Positions 62,381-64,000 of a stretch of DNA of 64,000 nucleotides are shown here, one piece after another. A program made the translations under genes and the position numbers. Position 1 is the stretch's first letter, and the number at the start of each line of letters is the position of its first letter. The notes below the pieces were generated by a model. It saw only the letters and a list, made by a program, of their open reading frames with translations. It was not told where the DNA came from and did not search any database. This stretch comes from an uncultured delta proteobacterium (GTDB taxonomy: Bacteria > Desulfobacterota > Syntrophia > Syntrophales > UBA2185), in assembly GCA_963695875.1 (NCBI GenBank), contig CAVOID010000008.1, forward strand, positions 160,001 through 224,000. Reading direction: 5' to 3'.

Positions 62381-63038
62381 ATGGGGGATATAATGAAAGG
62401 TATTCTTGCGAGATACAGAAAACATGGCTCCTTGTTCGCCGTTTTCATCGGACTCTTTATTCCGTGTCTTCTGTTGACCTTCCCCTCCTTGGCCGATGTC
62501 TATAGGTATGTCGATGAAAATGGAATCGTCCATTTGAGCAATGTCCCTACGAATCCCAAGTTCAAGGTCTGGATAAAAGAAGGGCCGGTTCATTTCCTGC
62601 CTGGGACTGATTTTACCGAGTACGATTCACTGATTGCAGAGACGGCCCGCAAGTACGGAGTGGACTTTGCTCTAGTGAAGGCCGTAATAAAAGCTGAATC
62701 CAATTTTAACCACAGGGCGGTCTCGAAAAAAGGCGCTAAAGGTCTCATGCAGCTTATGCCCCAGACAGCGTCAGTTCTGGGAGTAAACGACTGCTTTCAT
62801 CCCGAAGATAATATCGTTGGCGGCATACGCCATCTCTCCTATCTGATTGATCTTTACGGCGGCAGACTTAAAGCTTGCCTTGGCCGCATATAATGCCGGT
62901 GAAAATGCAGTCGCCAGGTATCGAGGTATCCCGCCTTACGCAGAAACCCGCACCTATGTACGTCGTGTCCTTGACAATTATGAGCGTTACAGGCATGAGC
63001 CCATAGTCGTTAAAGCCACTGTAAAGACAAGACAGTAA
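62381..63038 (+). CDS. lytic transglycosylase (DUF4124 + SLT), +1 frameshift near 62873
   Basis: [17 protein letters not shown] and [10 protein letters not shown], then LALAAYNAG and ETRTYV in the next frame. Confidence 0.9.
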
Positions 63039-63392
63039 TGTTTGTCATCCGTTCCCTGATAGATAAAGCAGATATTTGCCTGTCTGGATCAAGTTTTCCT
63101 CCCATAGAAAATAAGCCGGAAAAATGACACATTTCTTGCGTAACATCAGATCACATTCTTTAATTGAATTGAATTCGACAGCAAGCGCATTGCCCGTGGG
63201 ATTTGCGTATTGCATGCTCAAGGATAGTGGTGTATATAAACTAAGTTCATTTCCAAATAAGTTGCTGGTATCTTGAGACTTCTAGGAGTCAAGGAGTTGG
63301 GAATTTGAGGGATCGGAAATAATTACTGGAACCCTTGAATCCCTGAATCTTTGCACCCTGGTTTTTGTTAATAAGTTTCATACCAAGGAGTC

Positions 63393-64000
63393 ATGAATTT
63401 GAACAATTCCATACAAACTCTATCTGCCGAGGAACTTCCGAAGGTACCGCTTGTGTTGGATGGGTTGTCTACCCGGTTCATTCGTGAGCATAAGATCATC
63501 CCTCTGGAGATGAAGAATAACCTGCTCAAAGTGCTCATGGCCGATCCCGCAAACGGTGAGGTTATCGATTCCCTCCGGGTAGCCCTGTCTGTCGATGTAC
63601 AGGTTTATGGCGGAGACGGGAAAATGATTGACGATTTTATTTCCCGCTACTACAGCCAGGAGACCCAGGATATAGGGAAGATGATCGAAAACATCGATGA
63701 GAACGGGGTCGAGTTCGTCGGTGAAGAAGGGGAGGATGTCGGACATCTCAAGGATCTGGCTTCGGAAGCACCGATCATCAAGCTTGTGAACCTGTTGATT
63801 ACGCAGGCTGTGGAGAGCCGGGCCAGTGACATCCATATCGAGCCCTTTGAGGATGAATTGAAAGTGCGCTACCGTATCGACGGCGTTCTTCACAACATAG
63901 AATCGGTGCCGAAAAAACTACAGGCGGCCCTTGTTTCCCGGGTGAAGATCATGGCAAAACTGAACATCGCCGAGCGCCGCCTTCCCCAGGATGGCCGCAT
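63393..64000 (+). CDS. gspE: type II secretion/type IV pilus ATPase GspE/PilB (5' part, runs off the window)
   Basis: ATG 63393 after AAGGAG; APIIKLVN, RASDIHIEP, RYRIDG and KIMAKLNIAERRLPQDGR. Confidence 0.9.
   Translation, partial: MNLNNSIQTLSAEELPKVPLVLDGLSTRFIREHKIIPLEMKNNLLKVLMADPANGEVIDSLRVALSVDVQVYGGDGKMIDDFISRYYSQETQDIGKMIENIDENGVEFVGEEGEDVGHLKDLASEAPIIKLVNLLITQAVESRASDIHIEPFEDELKVRYRIDGVLHNIESVPKKLQAALVSRVKIMAKLNIAERRLPQDGR

Noticed and set aside
18233..63038. Programmed ribosomal frameshifting at the split genes
   Set aside because: No shared slippery heptamer or stimulatory structure at the junctions, and these families are not known to be recoded.
63280..63362. Degenerate 8-nt periodic inverted repeats upstream of gspE (cttgaatc/cctgaatc)
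   Set aside because: Short, imperfect and single-copy in the window; no function can be supported.

Overview
This is a 64-kb bacterial chromosomal window, most likely from an anaerobic deltaproteobacterium of the Syntrophales/Desulfobacterota. That placement is inferred from gene content such as the long Re-citrate synthase, pilSR and the DUF362 Fe-S protein. It carries housekeeping and metabolic genes: aroF, the complete trpEGDCFBA operon, aspS-hisS, uvrD/pcrA, recJ, rpmB, pfkA, comEC, pilS-pilR, several transporters and two-component genes, and the start of gspE. I saw no rRNA, tRNA, CRISPR array or intact mobile element. About 14 single-base insertions split otherwise normal genes and look like long-read consensus errors. 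The most interesting signal is non-coding. An unannotated phenylalanine-rich leader peptide (MMDMLCIRVQIFFTFFAFFSGVCLPRS, 47430-47513) with a full antiterminator/terminator sits in front of a Liv-type ABC transporter + acyl-CoA synthetase + phenylacetate-CoA-ligase-family operon. This suggests Phe-starvation-induced uptake and activation of an aromatic acid as a Phe precursor. This leader and the Trp-rich leader of the trp operon share an unusual tandem double-terminator layout, in which the freed 3' arm of terminator 1 can pair with and disable terminator 2. A further attenuator-like leader precedes the Re-citrate synthase gene.
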